Shown here: positions 48,611-59,544 of the stretch, in pieces
How positions within the stretch are numbered: position 1 is the first letter of the stretch
How the letters are laid out: each line of letters opens with the position of its first letter
DNA from: Bifidobacterium breve
GTDB lineage: Bacteria; Actinomycetota; Actinomycetes; Nanopelagicales; Nanopelagicaceae
Direction: 5' to 3'
DNA: 64,000 nt
NCBI GenBank assembly: GCA_945883675.1
Contig: CAMCYA010000003.1
Coordinates: 1,808 to 65,807 of the forward strand
The notes under the pieces: generated by a model
The model's database searches: none
Seen by the model: only the letters and a program-made list of their open reading frames with translations
What the model was told of the DNA's origin: nothing
Position numbers and translations under genes: made by a program

Positions 48611-50079
48611 TGAGTAATCAAATACAAATACCTGAACTAGATGGCACAAGCCTTGCAAGATACCTATGGCGCCAATTAACAAGCATGCGAACCGCCCTAA
48701 TTTTATTGTTACTTTTAGGTGTAGCTGCAATTCCTGGATCCTTATTTCCGCAACGAACTCAAAACCCAATGCAGGTTTCAGATTACTTTAAAAACTCTCC
48801 AGAGCAGGCAGAGTGGTTGGATCGATTCTGGCTATTTGATGTATATGGCTCACCTTGGTTTAGCGCTGTATATATTCTCTTGTTTATCTCACTCATTGGT
48901 TGTGTTTTACCAAGGACAATTGAGCATTTAAAGAATGCTCGTGCTCTTCCTCCCGCAACTCCAAAAAACCTCTCACGGATGGAGCATTTTCAACAATGGA
49001 GCTCAAATGGAAGCGAGTTAGAAACAGCCCGTGCATGGTTTAAGAAAAATAGTTTCAGAGTTTTAGAATCAGAGGGCTCGATTTCTGCAGAGAAAGGTTT
49101 TGCTCGGGAAACAGGAAATCTATTTTTTCACCTTGCGTTAATTCTAGTTTTAGTTGGAATCAGCTTTAGTTCTCTTTTTGGAATGCGCGGAGAAGCAATT
49201 TTAAATGTTGGTGAGCGCTTTGTTAACAACGTGACAAGTTATGACTCACTGACATATGGAAAGCTTTATCGTGATTCAAATCTTCAAGATTTTATGTTGA
49301 CTGCAGATAGCTTTGTCGCAAAATACAATGTATTAACTGGAGCGCCAGAGGACTACACGCTCGATGTTTCACTACTTCAAGGTGAAGAGGGAATTATTGA
49401 GAAAAAAACTATGAAAGTTAATTCACCTTTAACAATCGGGGATACAAGAATCTACCTTCAAGCAAATGGATACTCACCTGTTGTAACTGTGGTGGACTCA
49501 CAGTTGAATGTGGCTTTTCAAGGTCCTGTTCCGTTTCTGCCTCAAGATTCACAACTACGCTCTATTGGTGCAATTAAAGCTCCAGATGCAGAGCCAGCCG
49601 TTGGTTTCGTTGGATCATTTCTTCCGACATATGAAAGAGATGGAGCAAACGGTGGAATTAGTGTCTACCCAGAAGCATTAAATCCTCGTTTACTTTTGGC
49701 GGCCTGGGTGGGCGATCTTGGATTGGATTCAGGTACTCCACAATCTGTGTACAGAATCGATACTTCAAAGATGCAACAAGTTGGACTCAAAGCTCTAAAG
49801 CCAGGGGAGTCTTTTGCTTATCCTGGCGGTGTAATTACATTTGAAGGATATGTTCAGTGGGTCAACATTAGCCTTGTCACAGATCCCGGAAAGAAGTTTG
49901 CTTTATTGGGCGCTATTGTTTCCATCATTGGATTATTAGCTTCTCTATTTACTCGCAGACGGCGAATTTGGATTCGGGTAGGTGAGAAAGTGGAAATTGC
50001 AGGATTAGCAAAAAATGCAGCACCAGGACTTGAAGAAGAGATAACAGAATTTATTCAAAGACTAAAGGGAGACAAGTAG
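48610..50079 (+). CDS. resB: Cytochrome c biogenesis protein ResB
   Basis: LTSMRTAL, DVYGSPWF, ETGNLFFH, VNSPL, DPG; synteny. Confidence 0.92.
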   Translation: MSNQIQIPELDGTSLARYLWRQLTSMRTALILLLLLGVAAIPGSLFPQRTQNPMQVSDYFKNSPEQAEWLDRFWLFDVYGSPWFSAVYILLFISLIGCVLPRTIEHLKNARALPPATPKNLSRMEHFQQWSSNGSELETARAWFKKNSFRVLESEGSISAEKGFARETGNLFFHLALILVLVGISFSSLFGMRGEAILNVGERFVNNVTSYDSLTYGKLYRDSNLQDFMLTADSFVAKYNVLTGAPEDYTLDVSLLQGEEGIIEKKTMKVNSPLTIGDTRIYLQANGYSPVVTVVDSQLNVAFQGPVPFLPQDSQLRSIGAIKAPDAEPAVGFVGSFLPTYERDGANGGISVYPEALNPRLLLAAWVGDLGLDSGTPQSVYRIDTSKMQQVGLKALKPGESFAYPGGVITFEGYVQWVNISLVTDPGKKFALLGAIVSIIGLLASLFTRRRRIWIRVGEKVEIAGLAKNAAPGLEEEITEFIQRLKGDK

Positions 50080-50970
50080 ATGTCACGTAGTTGGGCAGTT
50101 ATCTCGAACTATTCAATCTATTCAGCGACAGCGGTTTTTGCTCTCTCCTTCATCGTTCATGCAATAGAGACAGCCTGGGCTGTAAAGGTGCCAGCGGCTG
50201 GAAAGTCGTCATTGGATTACACGCGAAATGGTCGCGCAGCTCGAATTGCAACTGCATTAATGATTCTCGGGTTTCTACTTTTATTTGTTGGAGTAGTTGC
50301 TCGTGGAATATCTGCAAGCAGAGCTCCATGGGGAAATATGTATGAGTTCTCAATAACTGGCGCACTTGCATTCTCGGGTGCCTATCTTGCGGCACTTCGA
50401 AAATATGATCTTCGATGGCTGGGTTTACTTGTTTCAGTATCGGTCTTATTAACCTTAGGTACTGCAATTACAGTGCTTTACGTTCCAAGTGCTTCATTGG
50501 TTCCAGCATTAAAGTCTGAGTGGTTAATTATTCACGTATCAACAGCAATTATTTCAGGTGGAATTTTCTTACTTTCCAATGTAATTGCAACTGCATATCT
50601 TGTATTAGATCGAATCGAGTCAAAGGGTGAAAGAAATGAGTGGGCTAAACGTCTACCTTCTTTAGAGGTACTCGATCAACTTTCTTATCGCTTAGTTGCA
50701 TTTGTATTTCCATTATGGACTTTCTCTGTTGTTTCTGGCGCGATATGGGCAGAAAGTGCTTGGGGAAGATATTGGGGTTGGGATCCAAAAGAAACGTGGG
50801 CCTTTATTACTTGGGTTGCATATGCAGCGTACTTACATGCCCGTGTAACAATTGGTTGGCGCGGTCGCCGCGCTGCATGGCTTTGTTTATTTGCCGGATC
50901 AACATTCCTGTTTAACTATGTTTATATAAATATTTGGGGCACTGGAAAGCACACGTACTCAGGACTTTAA
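50080..50970 (+). CDS. ccsB: Cytochrome c-type biogenesis protein CcsB/ResC
   Basis: GAIWAESAWGRYWGWDPKETW (WWD domain), H.YSG C-terminus. Confidence 0.95.
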   Translation: MSRSWAVISNYSIYSATAVFALSFIVHAIETAWAVKVPAAGKSSLDYTRNGRAARIATALMILGFLLLFVGVVARGISASRAPWGNMYEFSITGALAFSGAYLAALRKYDLRWLGLLVSVSVLLTLGTAITVLYVPSASLVPALKSEWLIIHVSTAIISGGIFLLSNVIATAYLVLDRIESKGERNEWAKRLPSLEVLDQLSYRLVAFVFPLWTFSVVSGAIWAESAWGRYWGWDPKETWAFITWVAYAAYLHARVTIGWRGRRAAWLCLFAGSTFLFNYVYINIWGTGKHTYSGL

Positions 50971-51230
50971 AGTCTTCCTAGAAAATCCGGATCATCATCG
51001 GGTGGCAAAATACGCCTCTTAGGATTCTTATTTCTCTTCGGTTTGTTTCTTCCAGCAATTAAATATGCAATTGGTCCTATTGCAACAGCCTGTGGTCCAA
51101 GAAGAATAATCAAAAGAAGCCATCCCCACTTAGGAAGATTCTTGATCTGAGTCTCATCGGCGCGCGCACAATCAAGCAGCGCATAGATTGTTAAACCGAA
51201 GACCAAAACCAACGAAAGAACTCTAAGCAT
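50967..51230 (-). CDS. PLD-nuclease N-terminal domain small membrane protein
   Basis: YALLDC, LPKWGW, PPDDDPDFL. Confidence 0.85.
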   Translation of the reverse strand: MLRVLSLVLVFGLTIYALLDCARADETQIKNLPKWGWLLLIILLGPQAVAIGPIAYLIAGRNKPKRNKNPKRRILPPDDDPDFLGRL

Positions 51231-51234
51231 GGGT

Positions 51235-52083
51235 TTATTGTATCGCTAGAGCAGTAGCAAAAAGTGCGGCAAACAATAGTTGGAGTTTTCCAGTTTTACC
51301 CAGTACTGGGATCAAAGAAGCCCCTGAGGCTTTGCTTAAAACAGCTTTTGAAAGTGAAAAAGTTAGAGGAGTTGCCAATAAGGTTAAGAGAGTTGCTGGA
51401 ATGAATGTTGCGATGGCAGCAATGTGGGCAAGAATTAAGAGTGAGACATATGTTCGCCGAGCCCTTTCATCTCCTAGTCGTACAGCAACGGTGCGCTTTC
51501 CAGCAACTTGATCTTTATCTAAATCTCTAATGTTATTGACAGTTAAAATTGCACATGAAATTGCACCCATCGGAATTGCAACAATAAAGCTCATCAAAGT
51601 TACGCTCTCAGTTTGAACATAAAAACTACCCACTGTTGCCACTAGACCAAAGAAGATAAAAACTGAAACTTCACCCAATCCTCTATAACCATATGGATTT
51701 TTACCACCTGTGTATCCCCATGCAGCTGCGATTGCGATTACCCCAATAGGGATCAATAGAAGTGATGTAAGCAAAGAGAGCCAGAGCCCTGCGATACTTG
51801 CAAAGAAAAATGAAATGTAGGCAGCCCTCTTGACCGACCTTGCAGAAGCCAGGCCTGAGGCAACTAAACGAATTGGTCCAACTCGATCGTCGTCTGTTCC
51901 TTTAATCCCATCGCTGTAATCATTTGCAAAATTAACGCCAATTTGTAGCCAAACACCCACCTTTAAAGCCAAAGCAGCACGAAACCAATTGAAGTCGCTA
52001 CCTGCCAATGCAGATGCAACAACAACTGGCGCGATTGCAGCAGGTAACGTACGAACGCGTGCTCCAAGAATCCATTTATTCAC
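51235..52083 (-). CDS. menA: 1,4-dihydroxy-2-naphthoate polyprenyltransferase
   Basis: RTLPAA, NFANDYSDGIKGTD, NNIRD..D..AGKRT. Confidence 0.95.
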   Translation of the reverse strand: MNKWILGARVRTLPAAIAPVVVASALAGSDFNWFRAALALKVGVWLQIGVNFANDYSDGIKGTDDDRVGPIRLVASGLASARSVKRAAYISFFFASIAGLWLSLLTSLLLIPIGVIAIAAAWGYTGGKNPYGYRGLGEVSVFIFFGLVATVGSFYVQTESVTLMSFIVAIPMGAISCAILTVNNIRDLDKDQVAGKRTVAVRLGDERARRTYVSLLILAHIAAIATFIPATLLTLLATPLTFSLSKAVLSKASGASLIPVLGKTGKLQLLFAALFATALAIQ

Positions 52084-53149
52084 GATTAATCTCCTTGGCT
52101 AAAGCTTCGCGATCAATTTTTCCAATACCGCGCAAGGGTAGCGAAGAGATGCGATGAATGCCTTTTGGTTTTGCGACCTGGCCTAAATCTTTTTCAAGGT
52201 GAAGGAAAATAGCTTCATCGGTAATCTCACCTACAACCGCTAACTGCAAACTCTGACCCCATTGAGGATCTTTATAAGAAAAAGCAGCTGTTTGTAATTG
52301 TGGGAATGCAATGGCAAGAGAGTTTTCTATTGCACTTAAAGAAATATTTTCACCGCCTGAGACAATGACATCATCTGCGCGACCAAGGACTACAAGTTTG
52401 CTGTCGATTACTTCACCTAAATCGGATGTTTCAAACCATCCGTTATCTAGATTCCATGGTGCATTTAAGTAATCAGTTGCTAAGACATTTCCCTTTAAAC
52501 GAACTCTTCCATTCTTAACATTAAACTCAACACCTGCAAGTGCTTGGCCATCGTAGACACATCCACCACAAGTTTCAGTCATTCCATATGTTGTGACAAT
52601 TTTTATTCCTGACGCCTCAGCTTGTTTGCGTAATCCTGGTGATAGAGCAGCCCCACCAATTAAAACCGCATCAGCGCTCTGTAAATGTTTGAGCAACCTT
52701 GGATCACCATTTAGAGCACGAAACAGTTGAGTTGGAACAATTGCTGTGAAGTTTGAATCTGGATAGTCGCCTTGAACATTTCGAAGATCTATTGGCGTGG
52801 ATCCAAGTTCTAATGCGCGCACAATGACATTGACCGCAGCAATATGGGTTAGCGGCAGTAACAAGCTCCAAGTATCACCAGGCCTTGCTCCAAGAAATTC
52901 ATTTGAAGCTTTTGCCGAAGAAGTGATCGCATGAGCAGAGAGTGCAACTTCTTTTGGATTTCCAGATGTCCCAGAAGTTCCGATTACCACTGCAACCTCA
53001 ACTGGGGCAAAGTTACTTTTGATCTCACCAAAACCTAGAATGGGTCCATCGCCGGCGAGAGCTGATGTGATTTCTCCCGCTAATTTGGGAGTTTCCCATT
53101 CAGGGCTGACCCGGAGAATCTTTCGTTGTGACGAGTTATCCATTGCCAC
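52076..53149 (-). CDS. menE: O-succinylbenzoate--CoA ligase
   Basis: [41 protein letters not shown]. Confidence 0.9.
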   Translation of the reverse strand: MAMDNSSQRKILRVSPEWETPKLAGEITSALAGDGPILGFGEIKSNFAPVEVAVVIGTSGTSGNPKEVALSAHAITSSAKASNEFLGARPGDTWSLLLPLTHIAAVNVIVRALELGSTPIDLRNVQGDYPDSNFTAIVPTQLFRALNGDPRLLKHLQSADAVLIGGAALSPGLRKQAEASGIKIVTTYGMTETCGGCVYDGQALAGVEFNVKNGRVRLKGNVLATDYLNAPWNLDNGWFETSDLGEVIDSKLVVLGRADDVIVSGGENISLSAIENSLAIAFPQLQTAAFSYKDPQWGQSLQLAVVGEITDEAIFLHLEKDLGQVAKPKGIHRISSLPLRGIGKIDREALAKEINRE

Positions 53150-53185
53150 CGTAGGCTAGCGTCAGTAGCCGAAGATAGGGGACCC

Positions 53186-54064
53186 ATGAGCCGACCGATC
53201 AAGCGTGATTTTGGTGACCGCACAATTCCTACATGGAAAACCGCACCTGGCGGTGAAACCTTCACAGATATTAAGTATCAAGTTGGCGACGGGATTGCAA
53301 AGATAACAATCAATCGCCCCCATGTGAGAAATGCATTTCGTCCTGAAACAATTATTGAACTTAAGAGTGCATTTGATTTAGCAAGAGATAACGCATCTGT
53401 GGGTGTAATTATTTTTACTGGTGAAGGTACTGAAGCATTTTGTTCGGGCGGCGACATTAGTGTTCGTGGAGATGATGGCTATGTTGGATCAGACAGTGTT
53501 GGTCAACAGGGATTAGGTCGACTCAATGTTTTAGATTTACAAGTTCAGATTCGTCGCACACCTAAACCGGTTATTGCAATGGTCGCTGGTTGGGCTATTG
53601 GTGGGGGGCATGTTCTCCACGTTGTCTGTGATTTAACAATTGCAGCAGACAATGCCAAGTTTGGACAGACCGGTCCAATGGTGGGTTCTTTTGATGGCGG
53701 TTATGGCTCAGGATTGCTTGCAGCAAACATTGGCCAGAAGAAAGCCCGTGAAATTTGGTTTATGACACGGCAATATGATGCACAAGAAGCCTTATCGATG
53801 GGTCTAGTTAATACTGTTGTTCCACTTGCAGAGCTTGAAAGTGAAACCGTTTCTTGGTGTCGCGAGATGTTGAAAAACTCTCCACTTGCACTTCGGTTGA
53901 TCAAAGCAAGTATGAATGCAGCAGATGACGGACTTGCTGGGATTCAACAACTTGCAGGTGATGCGACTCTTCTTTTCTATTTAAGCGAAGAGGGTCAAGA
54001 AGGTCGAGATGCATACAAAGAAAAACGAGCACCAGATTTCGGGAAATTCCCCAAGCGTCCTTAA
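53186..54064 (+). CDS. menB: 1,4-dihydroxy-2-naphthoyl-CoA synthase
   Basis: [32 protein letters not shown]. Confidence 0.96.
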   Translation: MSRPIKRDFGDRTIPTWKTAPGGETFTDIKYQVGDGIAKITINRPHVRNAFRPETIIELKSAFDLARDNASVGVIIFTGEGTEAFCSGGDISVRGDDGYVGSDSVGQQGLGRLNVLDLQVQIRRTPKPVIAMVAGWAIGGGHVLHVVCDLTIAADNAKFGQTGPMVGSFDGGYGSGLLAANIGQKKAREIWFMTRQYDAQEALSMGLVNTVVPLAELESETVSWCREMLKNSPLALRLIKASMNAADDGLAGIQQLAGDATLLFYLSEEGQEGRDAYKEKRAPDFGKFPKRP

Positions 54065-54067
54065 TCC

Positions 54068-54994
54068 ATGGATCAATCACTTTTAGATACTTTGCGTGTT
54101 GTAGCACTGCCTACAAAAACAAATTTTCGCGAAATCAAACTCCGTGAAGTTGCATTATTTAAAGGTGAATATGGTTGGGCAGAGTTTTCTCCATTTTTAG
54201 AGTACGAAGATGCAGAGTGTGCCACTTGGCTTGCCTGCGCAATTGAGGCTGCCTCTCAACCAAGACCAGATTTGTTTCGCAATAACGTGAAGGTTAATGG
54301 AACCATCCCAGCAATAAATGGGGCTGCAGAGATCACAAAGATGGTGAATCTATTTCCTGGTGTGAGTAGTTTTAAAATAAAAGTGGGCGAAAATTTAGAG
54401 TTGGATTTAGCCCGTATTCAACAAGTTCGATCTCTTCGCCCCGATAGTGCAATCAGAGTGGATGTAAATGGGGCATGGAGCGTTGATGAAGCGGAATCAT
54501 TTCTTCAATCTTCAGGTGAAATTGAATATATTGAACAACCCTGCTCAACTATTGAAGAGTTACGGGAGTTAAAAAAGCGCACAGACATAAAGATTGTAGG
54601 AGATGAAATCTTAAGAAAAGCTGTTGATCCTTTTGCACTGGACTTAAATGGTGCAGTAGATATTCTCATGTTAAAAGTGCAACCTCTTGGCGGAATCAAA
54701 CGAACCCACGCCTTAATCAATCACCATAAACTGCCAGTTGTTGTTTCCAGCGCTTTGGAATCCGCCATTGGAATCGATTACGGCTTAGTTTTAGCTGGTT
54801 CAATCGAAAAACTTGAATTTGGATGTGGACTTGCAACAGGATCTCTTCTTTCTCAAGATGTAGCGCACTTGCCAATTAAAGATGGCCAAATTGCGATATC
54901 TACACCCACGCCAGATTTTACTGGCTTAGAGGTGTCTGCAGAGCGCTTTAAATGGTGGAAGAATCGCATTATGAGAACGGCAGAGCTTTTATGA
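54068..54994 (+). CDS. menC: O-succinylbenzoate synthase
   Basis: EFSPFLEY, KIKVG, RVDVNGAW, EQPC, DE, KVQPLGG. Confidence 0.93.
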   Translation: MDQSLLDTLRVVALPTKTNFREIKLREVALFKGEYGWAEFSPFLEYEDAECATWLACAIEAASQPRPDLFRNNVKVNGTIPAINGAAEITKMVNLFPGVSSFKIKVGENLELDLARIQQVRSLRPDSAIRVDVNGAWSVDEAESFLQSSGEIEYIEQPCSTIEELRELKKRTDIKIVGDEILRKAVDPFALDLNGAVDILMLKVQPLGGIKRTHALINHHKLPVVVSSALESAIGIDYGLVLAGSIEKLEFGCGLATGSLLSQDVAHLPIKDGQIAISTPTPDFTGLEVSAERFKWWKNRIMRTAELL

Positions 54995-56568
54995 TCAACA
55001 ACTCCACTTCTTTAGCACAAGTAGTTGTTCGTCAAATAATTGAATCTGGAGTAACCGATGTAGTTATCTCTCCCGGTTCCCGCAATGCTCCTCTATCTCT
55101 GGCATTTTTTGCAGCAGCGCAAGAAAAATTAATTACGATCCATGTACGCATTGACGAGCGAACTGCCGCTTACTTTGCACTTGGTTTAATCAAATCTTCT
55201 GGCCGTGCGGTACCGATTGTCTGTACAAGTGGAACGGCGGTGGCAAATTATCACCCAGCGGTTTTAGAAGCTCATCACACCAACTTGCCTCTTCTTGTTT
55301 TAACTGCCGACCGGCCGGCTATGTTGCGCAAGACTGGTGCAAACCAAACTACAGAGCAGGCCAGAATCTTTGGCAAATCTGTTCGCTACTTTGCCGATGT
55401 TGATGGACCTGTTTTTCCAATGGAGTTACCTCTTGATAGCTTGCGTTCTGGTCCTGTTCATATAAATCTTCAATTCGATGAACCGCTGTTACCAGATTCT
55501 GATTCAGAGTGGTTAAAAGAGATAAAACTCAATCCACGTCCTGAAAAAAATGGCAAAAAAGCTGGAACTCTTCGATTAGTTGGTGCACGTGGAGTTGTTG
55601 TTATTGGTCACGACCGAGGTGGCTTAAACGTTGAAGAGATTTTAAAGTTTACTAAAGCAATTGGTTGGCCTGTTATTGCCGAAGATCCATTGTCATTTCC
55701 AGATGCAGTTCCGCATGCATCAATCTTTTTAGCCACGCAGGAGATTAGAAGCACTTTAATTCCTCAATCAGTCTTGGTAATTGGTCGTACAACTTTGTCA
55801 CGTTCAATAAATGCTTTTATTAATTTAAGCCCGATTACTTATGTCGTAGATCAACGTATAGCAACTGTAGATAGTGAACGAGCCGCCGATAGATTGTTTA
55901 CTCAACTGCCAGAACTTCAGGGAGTAATTCACTCCGAAGAGTGGATGGCAAAGTGGAACAAAATTGCAGAGAGGGCTCATAAATTAATTGAGTCCTTAGA
56001 AGGCTGGAATGAAGCAGTCATTGCAAGAACTATCGCAGCAGAGGTTGCCGATGGCACTGCATTATTTATTTCATCTTCTAGACCGATAAGAGATATTGAG
56101 GCATTTGCAACCCCTCGAACTGGCATTACAACATATGCCAACCGAGGCTTGGCTGGAATCGATGGAAATATCTCTACAGCACTTGGAATAGCTTTTAATC
56201 ACAAATCCACAGTTGCAGTTCTTGGCGATCTTTCGTTCCTACATGATTTAACAGGGTTAATTAATAATGAAAATATCAACTGCCGATTCATTGTTATAAA
56301 CAATGATGGGGGTGGAATTTTTTCAACCCTGCCTCAACGAGGATCGACAGGTTTTGAAACAGTTTTTGGTACTCCTCATGGATTAAATCCTGCTTCAATT
56401 GCACAGTCTTTCGGAATTGAAGCAGTTCAGATTAACTCTCTAAAGGAGTTAATCGCTCAGATAAAAGCACCAATTAAAGGAGTTTCAGTTGTTGTTTGTG
56501 ATGTACCTAGCCGTGAATCAAACGCTGACAATCTAAAGTCAATTTTAGATTCGATATCAAAAAGCTAG
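54991..56568 (+). CDS. menD: SEPHCHC synthase
   Basis: SPGSRNAPL, IDER.A, CTSGTA, NRGLAGIDG, GDLSFLHD, NNDGGGIF; ATGA overlap with menC. Confidence 0.95.
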   Translation: MINNSTSLAQVVVRQIIESGVTDVVISPGSRNAPLSLAFFAAAQEKLITIHVRIDERTAAYFALGLIKSSGRAVPIVCTSGTAVANYHPAVLEAHHTNLPLLVLTADRPAMLRKTGANQTTEQARIFGKSVRYFADVDGPVFPMELPLDSLRSGPVHINLQFDEPLLPDSDSEWLKEIKLNPRPEKNGKKAGTLRLVGARGVVVIGHDRGGLNVEEILKFTKAIGWPVIAEDPLSFPDAVPHASIFLATQEIRSTLIPQSVLVIGRTTLSRSINAFINLSPITYVVDQRIATVDSERAADRLFTQLPELQGVIHSEEWMAKWNKIAERAHKLIESLEGWNEAVIARTIAAEVADGTALFISSSRPIRDIEAFATPRTGITTYANRGLAGIDGNISTALGIAFNHKSTVAVLGDLSFLHDLTGLINNENINCRFIVINNDGGGIFSTLPQRGSTGFETVFGTPHGLNPASIAQSFGIEAVQINSLKELIAQIKAPIKGVSVVVCDVPSRESNADNLKSILDSISKS

Positions 56569-57815
56569 GAAGCTGAATCCAATAGCGCATCGCGCATAGG
56601 TGCAAACTTAGCTTTCGTCTCTGCAAGTTCAACTTCAGGATCTGATTCTTCAACAATTCCACATCCTGCAAAAATTCGAATTGTATTTCCCTTAATTTCC
56701 CCACCACGCAATGCAATACCAAGTTCTCCATCACCTGCAGCATCTATCCAACCAATTGGTCCGGCATAACGCCCGCGTGACATTCCTTCTATCTCAGTAA
56801 TTAACTCTGCAGCAGCAGGTCGTGGAGTCCCGCAAACAGCTGCGGAAGGATGAAGTTGTTCAAGAATTGTAAATGCATCTACATGTGCCAAAGTTTCCAC
56901 AATCGCACCTGTTACATCGGTTGCAAGATGCATGACATTTGCAAGGTGTAGAACAAATGGTGAATCTGGAACATTTATTGATGTACAAAATGGTTCAATG
57001 GCTTCAGCAACTGAGCGAACCGCGTATTCATGTTCAGCTAAATCTTTTGAAGAACGTGCCAACGAAGCCGCTAATGCCAAATCCTTTGAGTCGTCTCCGG
57101 TTTTACTAATTGTTCCTGCCAATACTCTGGAAGTTATCATTCCCCGAGATAGACGAAGAAGTAGTTCTGGTGTGGCACCAACAAATCCATCTACACAGTA
57201 GGTCCAGGTAGTTGGATATTCTGAGGCAAGTTTGTGCAAAATTGGGCGGGGATCAATATCTTTCTCTGATCTAAACGTTAAATCACGAGCCAAAACTACT
57301 TTTGCAAGTGAGCCATCCTTAATGCGGCCTACAGCGGTTGAAACCTTCTCTTTCCATTCAGATTCGGATTTGGATTCAGAATCATTTTGATTACTCCATT
57401 GCATCTGAGCATTTTGTACAAAATCAGGGGATGAGTTAAGAATTGGTTGTTGTCCCGCGCCGATCCAGGTAATCCAACTTTTATCTTTTTTGCTACCAAC
57501 AACAATTTTGGGAATTACTAAAATAGATTCATCGTTTGGAGAAAAAGAAAATGACGTAAATAGAACTGGGCCAGTGCCACTTCCATGCACAGAGTTAGTA
57601 ACCACAAAATTTTCCAACTGCTTTTCCCACCAAGTACGTGCTTCTGCAAACCGGTGTGGACCTGTGACAGTTTTCGTGGCATAAACTCCCCAGCCAACTA
57701 AACCTTCTCCGCCTCGAACCCATGCAAGTGGGTTGGAGTCTGGAAGTATTTCTAACAGCGGCAGGTGATCACCAAGTCGAACGGTGGTAATTGGGGTTGG
57801 CTCTTTATTCGACAT
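56565..57815 (-). CDS. menF: Isochorismate synthase
   Basis: KVVLAR, GATPELL, LAGT, KDLAEH, LHPSAAVCG, RGRYAG, AGCGIV. Confidence 0.9.
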   Translation of the reverse strand: MSNKEPTPITTVRLGDHLPLLEILPDSNPLAWVRGGEGLVGWGVYATKTVTGPHRFAEARTWWEKQLENFVVTNSVHGSGTGPVLFTSFSFSPNDESILVIPKIVVGSKKDKSWITWIGAGQQPILNSSPDFVQNAQMQWSNQNDSESKSESEWKEKVSTAVGRIKDGSLAKVVLARDLTFRSEKDIDPRPILHKLASEYPTTWTYCVDGFVGATPELLLRLSRGMITSRVLAGTISKTGDDSKDLALAASLARSSKDLAEHEYAVRSVAEAIEPFCTSINVPDSPFVLHLANVMHLATDVTGAIVETLAHVDAFTILEQLHPSAAVCGTPRPAAAELITEIEGMSRGRYAGPIGWIDAAGDGELGIALRGGEIKGNTIRIFAGCGIVEESDPEVELAETKAKFAPMRDALLDSAS

Positions 57816-57878
57816 CTAGATCCCAACCTTTCCACCCTTGAAGTTGTAGATGAGCCTACTTCAAGAGAGAATGTCACC

Positions 57879-58571
57879 ATGTCCCGTGCCAATTTAAACA
57901 AAGATCCCGATGAAGTTGCGGCGATGTTTGATGGGGTCGCAAAACGCTACGACCTCGTAAACGATCTTTTGAGTCTGGGCCAAACAAAGGCCTGGCGCAA
58001 AGCCACAACTGCGATTATTGCCCCTAAACCTGGGATGCAGATTTTGGATTTAGCCGCTGGACCTGGATCATCTTCCGAACCACTTTACAAAGCTGGCGCA
58101 ACCGTCTTTGCCACAGATTTCAGCGAAGGGATGTTGGCTCAGGGCCGCAAAGTTCGACCATATTTGAATTTTTCAAAGGCCGATGCCCTCAACCTGCCAT
58201 TTGAGGATAATCGTTTTGATGTTGTGACAATCTCTTATGGACTTCGAAATACGGTGGAGTATGACAAGGCCCTAGTTGAAGCGTTTCGAGTAACAAAAAC
58301 TGGTGGCAGGATTGTGATTGCAGAGTTCAGCCACCCTACAAACCGGATTTTTCGTAGCATCTACTTCAACTACCTCATGAGTCTTTTGCCAGCGATCGCT
58401 AAAACGATCTCTTCAAACGCTGATGCATATGTGTATTTGGCCGAATCAATTAAGGCATGGCCCGATCAGGCGTCCTTGGCAAAGAGCCTAGAAAAGGCTG
58501 GCTGGAGCCAAGTGGGCTGGAAAAACCTGACTTTTGGGGTTGTTGCAGTTCACAGCGGCATCAAGGGATAG
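57879..58571 (+). CDS. menG: Demethylmenaquinone methyltransferase
   Basis: MSRANLNK....MFD.VA.RYDL.ND, DLAAG, YGLRN, Y.YLAESI; start at 57879. Confidence 0.93.
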   Translation: MSRANLNKDPDEVAAMFDGVAKRYDLVNDLLSLGQTKAWRKATTAIIAPKPGMQILDLAAGPGSSSEPLYKAGATVFATDFSEGMLAQGRKVRPYLNFSKADALNLPFEDNRFDVVTISYGLRNTVEYDKALVEAFRVTKTGGRIVIAEFSHPTNRIFRSIYFNYLMSLLPAIAKTISSNADAYVYLAESIKAWPDQASLAKSLEKAGWSQVGWKNLTFGVVAVHSGIKG

Positions 58572-58611
58572 CGGTCATGGAGCGCCTCACTTCCACCTTA
58601 GAATTTCACCT

Positions 58612-58983
58612 GTGATTTCCACAGCCAATCCATATATTCCCATCCTGGTGATAGCGGCCATTGGGTTTGGCTTTGCTGCATTTTCCGTTATTGCCGGAGC
58701 GCTCGCAGGTCCAGCTCGTTATAACCGCGCAAAGCTAGATGCATATGAATGTGGAATCGAACCTTCTCCTCAAGCAGCAGAAGGCGGACGTTTTCCCGTC
58801 AAGTATTTTCTAACTGCAATGCTTTTCATAATTTTTGATATTGAAATTGTTTTCTTATATCCATGGGCAGTCACCTTTGACACTCTTGGAGTTTTTGGAT
58901 TAGTTGAAATGGTGATCTTTATTGCAACAGTCTTTGTTGCATATGCATACGTTTGGCGACGTGGTGGATTGGAATGGGACTAA
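58612..58983 (+). CDS. nuoA: NADH-quinone oxidoreductase subunit A
   Basis: YECG, FIIFDIE..FLYPWAV, GGLEWD; leaderless GTG 7 nt after TAGAAT. Confidence 0.93.
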   Translation: MISTANPYIPILVIAAIGFGFAAFSVIAGALAGPARYNRAKLDAYECGIEPSPQAAEGGRFPVKYFLTAMLFIIFDIEIVFLYPWAVTFDTLGVFGLVEMVIFIATVFVAYAYVWRRGGLEWD

Positions 58984-58986
58984 AAA

Positions 58987-59544
58987 ATGGGTCTTGAAGA
59001 AAAAATTCCTAGTGGTTTTGTTTTAACAACGGTTGAAAAACTTGCTGGTTATATGCGTAAAAACTCACTGTGGCCAGCAACTTTCGGTCTTGCCTGCTGC
59101 GCAATTGAGATGATGGCAGTTGGCTCTGCAGCAAAATATGACATCGCTCGATTTGGTGGAGAGGTTTTCAGAGCATCTCCACGGCAGGCAGATTTAATGA
59201 TCGTTGCAGGCCGAGTTTCAAACAAAATGGCACCAGTGCTTCGTCAAATTTATGATCAAATGTCTGCACCTAAATGGGTTATAGCTATGGGTGCTTGCGC
59301 ATCATCTGGTGGAATGTTTAATAACTACGCAATTGTTCAAGGCGTCGACCATGTTGTTCCAGTCGATATCTACTTGCCAGGGTGCCCGCCTCGTCCAGAA
59401 ATGTTGCTTGATGCAATTTTGAAACTTCACGAACAAATCAACAATGAAAAGATTGGTCCAAATCGCGCACAAATTATTAAGGAAGTTGAACTTGCTGCAA
59501 TGAATGCAAAGCCGACTCATCAGATGAAGGGTCTACTTGCATAA
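58987..59544 (+). CDS. nuoB: NADH-quinone oxidoreductase subunit B
   Basis: [21 protein letters not shown]. Confidence 0.97.
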   Translation: MGLEEKIPSGFVLTTVEKLAGYMRKNSLWPATFGLACCAIEMMAVGSAAKYDIARFGGEVFRASPRQADLMIVAGRVSNKMAPVLRQIYDQMSAPKWVIAMGACASSGGMFNNYAIVQGVDHVVPVDIYLPGCPPRPEMLLDAILKLHEQINNEKIGPNRAQIIKEVELAAMNAKPTHQMKGLLA

